A stretch of 64,000 bases of DNA from a virus. Positions 45,933 through 56,214 of this stretch are shown one piece after another. The stretch is from the IMG/VR virus record IMGVR_UViG_3300032236_001100, positions 1 through 64,000 of that record; one strand, 5' to 3'. The position numbers and the translations under genes are program-made. How positions within the stretch are numbered: the first letter of the stretch is position 1; every line of letters begins with the position of its first letter. The notes beneath the pieces were generated by a model that worked only from the letters and a program-made list of their open reading frames with translations, was not told where the DNA came from and made no database searches.

Positions 45933-46078
45933 GATGCGCTGCTCTGCTGGACCGAAGTTGTCATCTGAAGTTGTGTATTGGCATTCTCGTACTGCTCCGT
46001 GATCCTGCGGAGCAATGCTTCCAGGCGAGCCACTTTCTTTTCAAGGAACCGAAGACGAGCTTCAATGTCGCCAACCAT
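45929..46078 (-). CDS. 49-aa coiled-coil paralogue of the tail-fibre N-terminus (not in ORF track)
   Basis: MVGDIEARLRFLEKKVARLE; GAGGA RBS; ATGA overlap with the next gene. Confidence 0.7.
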   Translation of the reverse strand: MVGDIEARLRFLEKKVARLEALLRRITEQYENANTQLQMTTSVQQSSAS

Positions 46079-46088
46079 AATTATATCC

Positions 46089-49000
46089 TCAGTCGTCAAT
46101 CAGGTTTGGGAACGCCCGCGAAACCCCTTGGGGCATGTCAGGGCCATCAAGCACATAGTCTGGCTTGAGTGTCTTGTCGAAATATTTCTTGGGCTTCTTG
46201 GGAAGAGTGGAGTCCACAGGCTTCTGTGCTTCCTGTTCGTTCCTTGACAAAGGACGTGGACCGGAAAGCACTCCTTCCAAGATAGATGTATCCTGGGGCG
46301 GTCCTTGTTCATTACCTGCAATCATCTTGCGTGCCGCCTTACGTCCCTTGTCGTTCCACTCACCGTCATCTGGCGACTCTTTTCTGGATCGCATCTTTTC
46401 AGCATAGCTTCGCTGGTCGTAAGGATCTCCTGTTGGAGAATCCGAGACGCGATTGGATGGTTCGGCTTGCTCATTCGACTTTCGGACTTGCAACTGCTGG
46501 GCATAGCTTCGCTGATCACGAGGGCCAACAAAGTTCGAGCTATCCTGAGACTTGCCGCCCGTTGGATACAGGGTTGGTTCCTGCGAAGCCTTTTTGTCAA
46601 TCATTTTCTGGGCGTAGCTGCGTGTATCCTTGGGGCCAATAAAGTCCTTACCAGCCGGTGCCCCTTCGGGATTGGCGGCTTTCTGCCTTTGGGCCACAAA
46701 AGACTCTGCGGCGTTTGGACGTTTGGGTCCACCCTCAATCGGAGCTGGAGGTCCGACAAACTGCGGGATAGACGGTGCCTTCAATGGAGGCGTTACCGCA
46801 TATTCGCCATTAGGACCTTTGCCAATCCTTGGTGGACCTACGAATTCGCTACTACCCTGTGGCTGGGACTGCGCTGCCTGCTGGGGATTTGCGGATGGCT
46901 GCCCCTGATTGCCACCAAGGCTTGCCAGGCCATTGACGGCTGTGCCTAGACCTGGGATTGCAGAAGCAGGGTTCGCAGCCTGAGCCTCGCCCAATCCAGC
47001 CAAGCCCTGAAGTGCCGTCCCTAGACCAGGGATAGCAGCAGCAGGATTAGCGGCTTCCAAAGGCTGGCCACGCTGCTGACCCCTCATGGGCAGGCCAGCA
47101 GCATCATTGGAAAAGATATCGTTGAGTATCCCGTTCTGTTCGGCTGTTGGGCCATCAAACCCATTAGGCATCCCAAACCCGAAGCCTAGCCCGCCCGATG
47201 GGCCACCAAAATTCATTCCTTCCACGCCAAGCCCTTCAAACTCGCCGTCCATGCCGAGAGTTGATCCATAACCGTTGTTGGAAGAAAGGGCCTGCTCAAT
47301 ACTGGTGGCCGTGAGCCCAGCCTGGACAGCAGCAAACGCCGGGTGGACGTAGTAACTTGTTCCTGTGGCTGGTTGCTTGACGTTATTAAAATCCATGATC
47401 GTCGTGAAGTTGTCGCTGTTTGGCGAGCTATTCCAAACGATTCGTGTAACGCGAACTGGGCAATTGATTGCCGTCAGGCCAAGATCCTGCGATGCTCCCG
47501 CAAATTCATTGACCGAAAAGTTCAAGCCAAGCCTCGGCTGAATAGCCGGGGTATAAAGGCCCATGTATGTCACGGAGCCATTATACTTCACGTCTTTGTA
47601 GCACTCTTGCAGCATCTGGCAAACGGCCTGATACTGACTTGCCTGGCGTGGGTCAACCCAGTTATCGTCATTAAATGTCAGCGTGCGAGCAATCCCGGTC
47701 GCCGTGTAGAACGTGCCAGAATAATTCTGTGTCCCAGACGTGTCAGCCGGGTACGAGGCCGTGAGCGAGCCCAGGCTATATGGCACCACCACACGCACGT
47801 CATACGGAGGCGTGACGTTCGATCCACCCTTGTTGAGATTGTCTTGTGTGTTGAATGGCTTGACGGTCGGCTCGCGGAACCTGATGATGCCGTTGACCTT
47901 GTCTACTTCAAACAAGGCGGGTCCGCATGCCGTGTTGTATTCCGAGTAGCCGCCAGTTGAACCGTTCGTCCAAAAGATCAGCGATGCAGGATATTTGATC
48001 AGCTGCATCGTGGTCGCCACAGCCCACGGGATTGGCTGGGGAAACGAGTTCATCAGGTGCGAGGCTACGTAGCTGTTCGCAATCGAGTATTCCCGCCACA
48101 CGTTGGCTGATGTGCCCTGCGTACCCACGATCTTGTAGCGATTGTAGCTGGAGCCGACGATTGGAATATCGCCGTTCCATGAGACCAATGCGCTACCACC
48201 TTTGCTTAATGCATTATTAGCATTCAGCCTGCGCGATTCAGCAAACGTGATTGATCCCGATCCGCTTCCGCTGGAGTATTGCAGGTAGATCCAGGCTTTA
48301 TTGGCGTTCCACTGATTGGCCGTCCATGATTCCTGGGTATTGTCAGACGTGCAAACGCAATCGACTGTAGACAGGCTGGAAACCGAACCTACCGAGACCA
48401 TGCCAGCCGGGTTGGCAAACTGGTCCCAGTTCCAGTTGTTCTGCTGGGTGGTTGTCCAGGTTGGGACCAAAGTCCCTTCCTTGACTGACAGGATTGCCGC
48501 CTCGGCCTTGGAGTATCCACGGTACTCCACGCGACCGTAACAATCAGAACTGTCTGGCTTGCACGTAAACTGAGCCGGGTCAATCGGGTCCACGCCAAAC
48601 GCCAGCGTGGTTACACCATAGTTAAACGCATTCTCGAACCGCAGGTAATTCCGGCCCGTAGTCGTGTCATATTGCACGCGAATGCAGTATCGGCATTGCC
48701 ACGAGCCCAGAACGCCCTGTAAAGCATCCAGTAAACGTGGCCCACCAATATTGATGACATCGGGCGGCACGATGGTCATGGCATCCAGGTCGGCCTGGAT
48801 GTATCCATAGATACCGGCAGCGTTCAGCTTCGACATGTGATTGTCAAGAACAATCTTGAACATCTGTCCAACTTGCAGGCCGGAAAACGATGGGTTGTAG
48901 TTTGGGTCGTCTGATCGCAAGTTAAACGTATAGTCTGGCGTATCATAACTGCTAATCACAGGTATAAGGTTGGCCCAGTATTTCAGGCCCATCGCCGTGT

Positions 49001-49262
49001 AACTTATCGTCCACTGAACATCTTCTGAGTAGTCATAGCTGATATCGACAATCTTTCCAACAAAACATGGATTAGATGCCGAGTCCAGTTTGATGGTGAC
49101 AGGCATACCAAAGGCATACGAACCAGGAGGGCAGATATGCGTCTCGCTGAACGTAAACGTATCGTTTTCATCGGTCGTGTATTCAAGCATGTTCGGCAGG
49201 AACGTGCTGTCGCCTGCCGAAAGATTGACTTGCTGGTTGTTGATGAAAATCGAAAATCGCAT
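46089..49262 (-). CDS. Putative tail tip / hub protein with low-complexity C-terminal third
   Basis: 1057 aa, directly downstream of the tape-measure-like gene. Confidence 0.6.
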   Translation of the reverse strand: MRFSIFINNQQVNLSAGDSTFLPNMLEYTTDENDTFTFSETHICPPGSYAFGMPVTIKLDSASNPCFVGKIVDISYDYSEDVQWTISYTAMGLKYWANLIPVISSYDTPDYTFNLRSDDPNYNPSFSGLQVGQMFKIVLDNHMSKLNAAGIYGYIQADLDAMTIVPPDVINIGGPRLLDALQGVLGSWQCRYCIRVQYDTTTGRNYLRFENAFNYGVTTLAFGVDPIDPAQFTCKPDSSDCYGRVEYRGYSKAEAAILSVKEGTLVPTWTTTQQNNWNWDQFANPAGMVSVGSVSSLSTVDCVCTSDNTQESWTANQWNANKAWIYLQYSSGSGSGSITFAESRRLNANNALSKGGSALVSWNGDIPIVGSSYNRYKIVGTQGTSANVWREYSIANSYVASHLMNSFPQPIPWAVATTMQLIKYPASLIFWTNGSTGGYSEYNTACGPALFEVDKVNGIIRFREPTVKPFNTQDNLNKGGSNVTPPYDVRVVVPYSLGSLTASYPADTSGTQNYSGTFYTATGIARTLTFNDDNWVDPRQASQYQAVCQMLQECYKDVKYNGSVTYMGLYTPAIQPRLGLNFSVNEFAGASQDLGLTAINCPVRVTRIVWNSSPNSDNFTTIMDFNNVKQPATGTSYYVHPAFAAVQAGLTATSIEQALSSNNGYGSTLGMDGEFEGLGVEGMNFGGPSGGLGFGFGMPNGFDGPTAEQNGILNDIFSNDAAGLPMRGQQRGQPLEAANPAAAIPGLGTALQGLAGLGEAQAANPASAIPGLGTAVNGLASLGGNQGQPSANPQQAAQSQPQGSSEFVGPPRIGKGPNGEYAVTPPLKAPSIPQFVGPPAPIEGGPKRPNAAESFVAQRQKAANPEGAPAGKDFIGPKDTRSYAQKMIDKKASQEPTLYPTGGKSQDSSNFVGPRDQRSYAQQLQVRKSNEQAEPSNRVSDSPTGDPYDQRSYAEKMRSRKESPDDGEWNDKGRKAARKMIAGNEQGPPQDTSILEGVLSGPRPLSRNEQEAQKPVDSTLPKKPKKYFDKTLKPDYVLDGPDMPQGVSRAFPNLIDD

Positions 49263-49314
49263 GGTTTTCCTTTGGTATCAGTTTATTATAGCAAGAATAT
49301 ACGCATGCGAAACA

Positions 49315-52300
49315 TCATTGATTTGTGGCGTTCATGCTGCGTTGCTGCATGATCGAGTTTCTTGCCATTCGGGCAGCTTCTTCCTGCTCTTTCTTGAGTT
49401 TTTGGGCTTGTATTGCACGCGCATTTCCGGCGCGAACAATGTTCTTCATGGTCGATGTTGATCTTGATATCGCGCCCATCCACTGGTCAGCAGCATTGCC
49501 ATCCGCGCCTTTGGCGGCGGCACCCATGAAGTTCTGCTGGATCGACCTTTGAAGCATGCGTCTCGCAAGCTCTGTAGCTTGATCCTCCGTGTAGCCAGCC
49601 TGCATCACGCGACCCGCTACCCCATTGCCCATCTGCCCCATGATCTCATCGGCACCCATCCCTTGGGCTCTCATTCCTGCAACGTAGGCATTTAATTCTG
49701 GCCCAAAGTGCTGCATCAGCTGGCCGGTATGATGCTCGAACTGAGCATTTGCCTGGTTGTACGCCTTCTGCTGCTTTGCGGTCAATTTCTTTTGAACGCC
49801 TTCAGCTTTACGCTCTTGAGCGACCGCTTCTCTAACCAGCGGCTGCTTGTTGTACGCTTCGTTCAATGCGCCCTGAACGTCGCCGCCACGGCCAGAGACA
49901 GAATCATTGGCATTCTTGATGCTCTCTTTAGCCACCCTGGAAGCAAGCTCGGCTATTTCTTTTTCGTCCGTTTTCCCAAGACCTTCCTTGAGGTGCTTGG
50001 TGATGATCGGAACTAAATACTCCTCAAGCTGCTTTTCATTGGCACCTTCGCTCATGGCCTTGAGCGTATTGACATCCAGACCGCGACGACCCATTGAGCT
50101 TTCGATTTGCTTGGCTTCAGCTTTTAGCTTGTTTTCTTTTTTGGTTTTGTCGCTTTCGGCTTCTTCTTTTGCCTTATCTGCCTTTTTATCAATTCGCTGC
50201 TTGGCATTCCCAGAGACTTGGTCCGTCTCAATTTGAAGCACCGCTTCGGGCACAACCCTGTCAATCACGTCTTGCTTGATATCGTCGCTAATAGACTTGA
50301 CGGAATTGACGATTGCCGCGATCTTTTCTTTGGCGGCTTCTTCGATCTTTTTGCGAGCCGTGTCCATACCGGCTTCGTCCAGGTCTCCCTTCCCTACGGC
50401 CATCTCTAGTTCTTCGGCCTTCTCATCCATTGCCTTTCTGACTTCTCTGTTCACGTTGCTCACGGCGCGGTCGATGCGGCGTTCTCTTTCTTTCATGGGT
50501 GCATTGGCCACCCTTTCGGCTTCAGCCTTGGCATCAGACTTCCGCTCGGCGACAACCTTCTTGAAATCGTCTAGGGCTTCCAGTGGTTCCTTGGCACCGT
50601 CAGCCACTTTCCTGGCTTCCTCCTGATCGGCCTTGTCGAACTTTCCAATAGCCTCTTTGACCTTTTCCTCTTCCTCGAACGCAAAATCATCGCCCGAATA
50701 GCGGTTCTTTTTGGCGTTCTCCGAGGTGATCTCGCCTGCAAATCCGCTCAACTTGGCAACGTCAACCCCAGTAGCCTCCAGTGGTTTACGATTTCGTTCC
50801 AGGGCTTTCGTGAATGTCTTCTCTGACCCCGGAACGGCAGCCAGGTAGTCAGACATGATTTTTGTGCCACGCTTTGACTGTTCTTCATTTATGCGATTAA
50901 CTTCGCCTTGGGCTCTTTCTAGCGCAATAGCAATCCCAGCGGCTTCTTCAAGCGTTGCGCTCTCAAGTGACTTTTCGTGTCGCTTCACGTCTTTCATTGC
51001 CTGCGACCGCTGGCTTTTCTCCTTATCTGTAAGAAGCGATTCGTCCTGTGTTAAAACGCGCTTGATATTTTCTGCGCCAGTAATTTGAACGTCTTCGCCA
51101 TTTGGACCCTTGACAGTCTGGGCTCCTCCATTAGATGCCAGCAGCTTCTTGGCTGACTCCTCTGCCTGCATCTCGTCTACAGTTTTTTCTTCGAGTGCTG
51201 CTTTCAGTAGCTTTTGTCGGTCTTCGAGGTCATTAAGCTGAACCTCAAGCTCATTTAGCTGACGCTTGTCTACATGAAAAACATAATTCATGGCGTTGAG
51301 AACCTTGATCTTGGTTTCAACGCTTTCAATCTGTCCTTCGAGCGTAGTGAGATCGACTTTCTTGAAGAATTTGGAGATCTGCGGTCCCCACATGGTCAAG
51401 GCCATGAACGCCGATGAAACCAAGCCGATGCCAGCGGCCCACTTCATGGCCTCTTCGTGATTGGCACCCCCAGCTTTGGCAAACTCTTCCGTCATACCCG
51501 GAAGGTTGTTCATGATCGCCAGGATGCCGTAGTTCAAGTCCTGTGCGGCCTGCGAAGAATAATAAATCGCTCGCGATAAGTGCTGAGAACGGGTCGAGGC
51601 TTCCTCCATGCCCTGCCCTGTCTTTATCAGACTATCGGCAAGTTCCTTGACGCCAGCACCAGACCTGCTAGATAGTTCAATTAAGCCCTGCTCTGTTTTT
51701 CCTAGATTGATATTAGCAGCAGACTGGCTTTTGGTCGCCGCCTCAAGGTTCGCTAGGTTTGCCGCAGAAGGCAGCTTGTTATATCTGTCTTGTGCTTCGA
51801 TCAGTTCGCTTTGGGTTTTAGCTGCCTGCTTTTGAGCGTTCAAATAATCACGAACCGTATCGGCAACCTCTTTGAACGTCACGCCAGAGGCAGAAAGTGC
51901 GGTTGCTAGATTCTTTTCAAGTGCGATGACTTTCTTATCGCTATCGGCAACATCATCAACAAACTTGTCCCGCATGTCCGCGAGTGATTTTAGCTTATTG
52001 ACATCTGCTGCGGCACCTTTGGCTGACTCTTGTGTAATTGCCCGAAGTGTATCGACGAGCTTCTTTTCTTTTTCGACACGATCTTCTTTTGCTGCTGTAA
52101 GTTCCGACTCTGCTCTCGCGACATTTCCGGCTGAAGCGGCTACTGCGGATTCGTTTTGTTGTCGTAGCCTGGACTGTTCTTCCAAAGATTCCTTGGCAAG
52201 CTCCAAGCCTTTCTTTTCAGCCTCTTCTTTTGTTTTTAGCCTTGCCTTTTCAGCAGCTTCCTCTTCACGAATTGCTTCTGAGCCAATCTGGGAAGCGGTC

Positions 52301-54075
52301 TTGACTTTGGTGGCCGTGTCGAGAGCAGACTTTGCCTGTGCGTCATCTGTAGCAATCGCGTTCTTTTCGAGTTTCTCTCGCTCTTCGGCTATCGAGTTAT
52401 ACTTTTCGACAGCTGTACCCAGTGCGCCAACAGCCAATGCGCGGTCATGAGCAGTTGCTGCCGTGTTGTGCTTGTCGTCTTCCTCAATAGCTTTTGCGGC
52501 GTCCAGGTACGCTCTTTTGACATCCTGTTCTGCTGCTGCCAGGTCGTGCGAATTTTTAATAACGTCGCGCACATTGACCGCAGCATTTGCCATCGCGTCA
52601 TTATTGTTTGTGGTGGCCTTCGTGTCGGCAATTACGGCAGCTGCATGCCTTGCTTTCGCCTCGGTCAATATTGGCTCAAGCTGGATCTTCTTTTCGATGT
52701 CTTGGAGCGACACCATGCTCAGGCTGTTATATGCTTTTTCTACTGCCGCAAGATGCAATGTCGATTCGGTTAGCTCCTTACGTGCAGAATCTAATTCTTT
52801 GGATGTGGCAGAAACGTCGCCACGGCTTGCCGAAGAAGCCATATTGGCATCATGAGCATCAGACTTGTTTTTAGCTAAGTCGGAGTCAATAGATTTTTTT
52901 GCCTCGTCCGCAAGGATGCGACTTGCTTCAGCCGACTTCTTCAATTCTTCCTTGCGGTCCAGATCGCGCTGGATTATCGCATTGCGAAACGCTTCAATCC
53001 TGCGCTCGTTTGATTCTTTTTCTTTCTTCTCTTCTTCATTTCGGATCTTTTCTTGCTCTTCGGCGGCACGCTTGGATTCAGCCGTAAGGATGCGGTTTGC
53101 TTCTGCTTCATTCTTGGCATCTTCCTTGCGGTCTAGATCGCGTTGGATTATCGCGTTCCTGAACGCTTCACGCTTACGCTTGAGCGATTCCTTTTCCTGC
53201 TTCTCTTGATCCTTGCGTATCTTTTCTTGTTCTTCGGCTGCACGCTTCTCCTCATCCGCGAGGATGCGGTTTGCTTCTGCTGCCCTCTTTAGTTCTTCTT
53301 TGCGATCCAGGTCGCGTTGGATTATTGCATTCCTGAACGCTTCCGCTCTGCGTTTAAGCGAGTCCTTCTCCTTCCTCTCCTCTTCCCTGCGTGCCTTTTC
53401 CTCTTCCTTGTGTATCTTTTCCTGTTCGTCTGCTGCACGCTTCGCTTCAGCCGCAAGGATGCGATTTGCTTCGGCCTCATTCTTTGCGTCTTCTTTGCGT
53501 TGAAGGTCTCTCTGTATTATCGCGTTGCGAAATGCTTCTGCCCTGCGTTTAAGCGATTCCTTTTCCTGCTTCTCTTGGTCCTTACGAATCTTTTCTTGAT
53601 CGGCGGCTGCACGTTTCTCCTCAGCCGCAAGGACTCGATTCGCTTCAGCCGCATTCTTGGCGTCTTCTTTCCGTTGAAGATCACGTTGGATTATTGCATT
53701 CTTGAATGCTTCTGCTCTGCGTTTAAGAGAGTCTCTCTCTTTCTTCTCCTCATCCTTGCGTATCTTTTCCTGCTCATCAGCGGCACGCTTCGCCTCCTCC
53801 GCAAGGATGCGATTTGCTTCGGCTCGCTCCTTCTCTGATTTGGCAATAGCCTTATTGCTCGTTTCAACAATCTTGGCGTATTTGGATACGTCGCCTGATA
53901 ATTCTTGGACCTTTTCGATCCAATCGTCAATATTTAACGCATTGTTCCTGAATTGATCTGTAGCTTTGTTTAGCTCCAGTACAAAGTTCTCGATCTTTTC
54001 TTTTGCAGCATCGACAATGCTTCCACCCTGAGCCTGGATGTCAAGAACGATCTGCTGATTAAACTGGTTGCTCAT
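49315..54075 (-). CDS. Tape-measure-like protein
   Basis: 1586 aa, helical and A/E/K-rich, internal hydrophobic segment (QDLNYG..AI.NNLP...), 58-aa repeats. Confidence 0.75.
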   Translation of the reverse strand: MSNQFNQQIVLDIQAQGGSIVDAAKEKIENFVLELNKATDQFRNNALNIDDWIEKVQELSGDVSKYAKIVETSNKAIAKSEKERAEANRILAEEAKRAADEQEKIRKDEEKKERDSLKRRAEAFKNAIIQRDLQRKEDAKNAAEANRVLAAEEKRAAADQEKIRKDQEKQEKESLKRRAEAFRNAIIQRDLQRKEDAKNEAEANRILAAEAKRAADEQEKIHKEEEKARREEERKEKDSLKRRAEAFRNAIIQRDLDRKEELKRAAEANRILADEEKRAAEEQEKIRKDQEKQEKESLKRKREAFRNAIIQRDLDRKEDAKNEAEANRILTAESKRAAEEQEKIRNEEEKKEKESNERRIEAFRNAIIQRDLDRKEELKKSAEASRILADEAKKSIDSDLAKNKSDAHDANMASSASRGDVSATSKELDSARKELTESTLHLAAVEKAYNSLSMVSLQDIEKKIQLEPILTEAKARHAAAVIADTKATTNNNDAMANAAVNVRDVIKNSHDLAAAEQDVKRAYLDAAKAIEEDDKHNTAATAHDRALAVGALGTAVEKYNSIAEEREKLEKNAIATDDAQAKSALDTATKVKTASQIGSEAIREEEAAEKARLKTKEEAEKKGLELAKESLEEQSRLRQQNESAVAASAGNVARAESELTAAKEDRVEKEKKLVDTLRAITQESAKGAAADVNKLKSLADMRDKFVDDVADSDKKVIALEKNLATALSASGVTFKEVADTVRDYLNAQKQAAKTQSELIEAQDRYNKLPSAANLANLEAATKSQSAANINLGKTEQGLIELSSRSGAGVKELADSLIKTGQGMEEASTRSQHLSRAIYYSSQAAQDLNYGILAIMNNLPGMTEEFAKAGGANHEEAMKWAAGIGLVSSAFMALTMWGPQISKFFKKVDLTTLEGQIESVETKIKVLNAMNYVFHVDKRQLNELEVQLNDLEDRQKLLKAALEEKTVDEMQAEESAKKLLASNGGAQTVKGPNGEDVQITGAENIKRVLTQDESLLTDKEKSQRSQAMKDVKRHEKSLESATLEEAAGIAIALERAQGEVNRINEEQSKRGTKIMSDYLAAVPGSEKTFTKALERNRKPLEATGVDVAKLSGFAGEITSENAKKNRYSGDDFAFEEEEKVKEAIGKFDKADQEEARKVADGAKEPLEALDDFKKVVAERKSDAKAEAERVANAPMKERERRIDRAVSNVNREVRKAMDEKAEELEMAVGKGDLDEAGMDTARKKIEEAAKEKIAAIVNSVKSISDDIKQDVIDRVVPEAVLQIETDQVSGNAKQRIDKKADKAKEEAESDKTKKENKLKAEAKQIESSMGRRGLDVNTLKAMSEGANEKQLEEYLVPIITKHLKEGLGKTDEKEIAELASRVAKESIKNANDSVSGRGGDVQGALNEAYNKQPLVREAVAQERKAEGVQKKLTAKQQKAYNQANAQFEHHTGQLMQHFGPELNAYVAGMRAQGMGADEIMGQMGNGVAGRVMQAGYTEDQATELARRMLQRSIQQNFMGAAAKGADGNAADQWMGAISRSTSTMKNIVRAGNARAIQAQKLKKEQEEAARMARNSIMQQRSMNATNQ
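52896..53823 (-). repeat. Five 174-bp (58-aa) coding repeats plus a partial copy
   Basis: AEANRILA...AF(R/K)NAIIQRDL.RKE; unit 3 has a 7-aa insertion. Confidence 0.9.
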
Positions 54076-54662
54076 ATTCCCAACATCCCCTCAAAGAACC
54101 CTGCTGGCTCGCCACCACCCCTGACGCCCACAACTGCGTCAACACCGAACATTCTTACGACTTCTTCTTCGACAGCCTTTTCGATCTCTTCCACCCACTC
54201 AGCGTGCATGCCCACCACGTCACGAATCGGTCGCTCGGCACCGCTCTTGAAGCGAACACCATTCCGTGAATTACAGACCGTGCGATGCGTGACCAGCCAG
54301 GGCTCGGTTGTAGGCCAGGAAAGGATAACCTGAGCGGAATCTGGACCTGTCATCCCGGCTGTCACCGAAGCATCCGCAATGAGGCGAGAACCCTCTCGGT
54401 CTGGAATCAGCGGTGGGCCGTCTCCTTTGCCTGCACGCCTACGTCTCTTGACTGTTGACTCAACGATTGGCTCAAGCTCTTTCCCGTACTTGTCAATCTT
54501 GGTCAGTCTGGCTTTTCTGTTTTCCTCAAACATCACGGTCACGAGACGTTCCAGAAGTGGCGTCATGTCGGGATCTTTCCATGCCGCCAGGATATGCAAG
54601 ATCGGAGACAGCGGAGTCGCTGCTTCGTCATAATGCAAGCTGACACTGAACATGGAAGTCAC
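54072..54662 (-). CDS. Putative virion morphogenesis / tail completion protein
   Basis: Position between tail tube and tape measure; ST.KRRRR...PL and P.R..VG patterns. Confidence 0.5.
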   Translation of the reverse strand: MTSMFSVSLHYDEAATPLSPILHILAAWKDPDMTPLLERLVTVMFEENRKARLTKIDKYGKELEPIVESTVKRRRRAGKGDGPPLIPDREGSRLIADASVTAGMTGPDSAQVILSWPTTEPWLVTHRTVCNSRNGVRFKSGAERPIRDVVGMHAEWVEEIEKAVEEEVVRMFGVDAVVGVRGGGEPAGFFEGMLGI

Positions 54663-54670
54663 CCTGAACT

Positions 54671-54721
54671 AAAAGAAAACGGGGGAGTCCGGGGCCTGGC
54701 CAACGCTCCCAAACTCCCCCG
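54671..54721 (-). terminator. Intrinsic terminator after the tail tube gene
   Basis: CGGGGGAGT/ACTCCCCCG stem then TTTTCTTTT on the minus strand. Confidence 0.65.
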
Positions 54722-54747
54722 CGAATATAGACGGCAGTAGAGATTTA

Positions 54748-55665
54748 TCAGACCACGGTAACAGCCAGATCCGTGGCAGAAGTCGGGTCAAGGTAGCTGG
54801 TGAACGACAGGGTTTCGTACTGGTCGGTTTCCCAGCCGCGATCCACGCTGTAGCTGTCCAGGTAGTCAGCCGACTGAAGGTTGAACTGCAAGCTGTTGGA
54901 GCCGTTCACATACTTCAGCAAGCAGTTCGCCTGAGCGGTCTGATTGACGAATGCCTGGCGATAGGTGGTATTTTCCTTGGAAAGCACCACGCTCCAGTTC
55001 ACATTGCGTCCCACGAGGTTGGCACGATTGATCCACTGGCTTTCCAAGAAAGGCATGTGGAGCGTGTTGTCAACCGTGATCGAGATGCTCTTGTAACCAC
55101 TGATCACCGTACCACCGATGGTGATCTGGCCACTGGAGTGATAGTGCGTGTACGGAATCGTGGCTGGAAAGTCGGTCCCAGGATTGGGAGCCGCCAGCGA
55201 GCCAGGAGGCGTATCTTCCTTCTGGGCGATCAGACTGAAGTTACCCATGAGCATGTCGGACGAGTCATCCGACGTGAACGTGGCCTGATCGACCCGGACC
55301 CCGTTGAACCGACGAATTTCAAACCCGTCGAACATGTCCACGGTGTACGAAGGCAGCTGGTAGCGACCGTTGACCAGCTGAGGAGTACAGGCGAAATTCA
55401 CCAACGAACCGGCCAGACTGGGCCAGATCGGGATCTTGAGCGAACCGGCCACGCTCTTGCGGACGATAAACTTCCGCAACTTGCGCTGGAGCGAATTGCA
55501 TCCTGCGGTGCTGATAGTGAATGGGTTAGGCGTGGTGGTCATATCCATCGCGCCAGCTTCCATGAAGATGGTATAGAAGCCAGACACGCCAGTAGGGTAA
55601 GTACCCCAGTAGTTCTGGTTTTCAAGATACCACTTCGCATATACGCAACTGCCTGCTACGGCCAT
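54748..55665 (-). CDS. Putative major tail (tube) protein
   Basis: 305 aa, beta-rich, strong AAAGGAG RBS, followed by a terminator, upstream of the tape measure gene. Confidence 0.65.
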   Translation of the reverse strand: MAVAGSCVYAKWYLENQNYWGTYPTGVSGFYTIFMEAGAMDMTTTPNPFTISTAGCNSLQRKLRKFIVRKSVAGSLKIPIWPSLAGSLVNFACTPQLVNGRYQLPSYTVDMFDGFEIRRFNGVRVDQATFTSDDSSDMLMGNFSLIAQKEDTPPGSLAAPNPGTDFPATIPYTHYHSSGQITIGGTVISGYKSISITVDNTLHMPFLESQWINRANLVGRNVNWSVVLSKENTTYRQAFVNQTAQANCLLKYVNGSNSLQFNLQSADYLDSYSVDRGWETDQYETLSFTSYLDPTSATDLAVTVV

Positions 55666-55707
55666 CGGGCGTCTCCTTTAAAAGTGTCTCCGCGCGGAGA
55701 CATTGAA

Positions 55708-56214
55708 TTAAGCTGCGTTGACCTGGATCTTCATGCTGTAAGTCGCTACTGACCGGATCGCATAAAGACCCTGCCCGACAGCGACGATATCGTTGGTCCC
55801 ACCTTTGAACTCGGAACTCTGCACGATGTTGTTCTGGGGGTCCATGCGATCGCGCACACTATCAGAACCATAACGTGCTGCGGGCTTCAGGGCATGCCGT
55901 ACCGCATGAAATAGGCGTAACATGTCAGTTTCGTCGAGTCCTGCCGTGAATAACTCCAGGTTAATTGTCCATATACCGCGATGCATGTGTTCGGTCCATT
56001 GACCCATCGGATAGGGTCCGCACCGCACGCGAATGACCGGCATCAGGGCAGGATCGGGGATCTGCTGGACGACCGGCGTATACTCGGCACCATCAGCCAA
56101 CGTCCAGACCTTGACGTTCGCAGCCTGAAGGTTGGGATCTGACCGCAGGATTGCAACCAGGCCCAGGAACGGCACCTCTTCAGGTGCCTTTTCGAGCATG
56201 TTCAGGGTTGCCAA
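55708..56214 (-). CDS. Putative tail terminator-like protein
   Basis: Position and size; L.AILRSDP.L....V pattern. Confidence 0.5.
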   Translation of the reverse strand: MATLNMLEKAPEEVPFLGLVAILRSDPNLQAANVKVWTLADGAEYTPVVQQIPDPALMPVIRVRCGPYPMGQWTEHMHRGIWTINLELFTAGLDETDMLRLFHAVRHALKPAARYGSDSVRDRMDPQNNIVQSSEFKGGTNDIVAVGQGLYAIRSVATYSMKIQVNAA

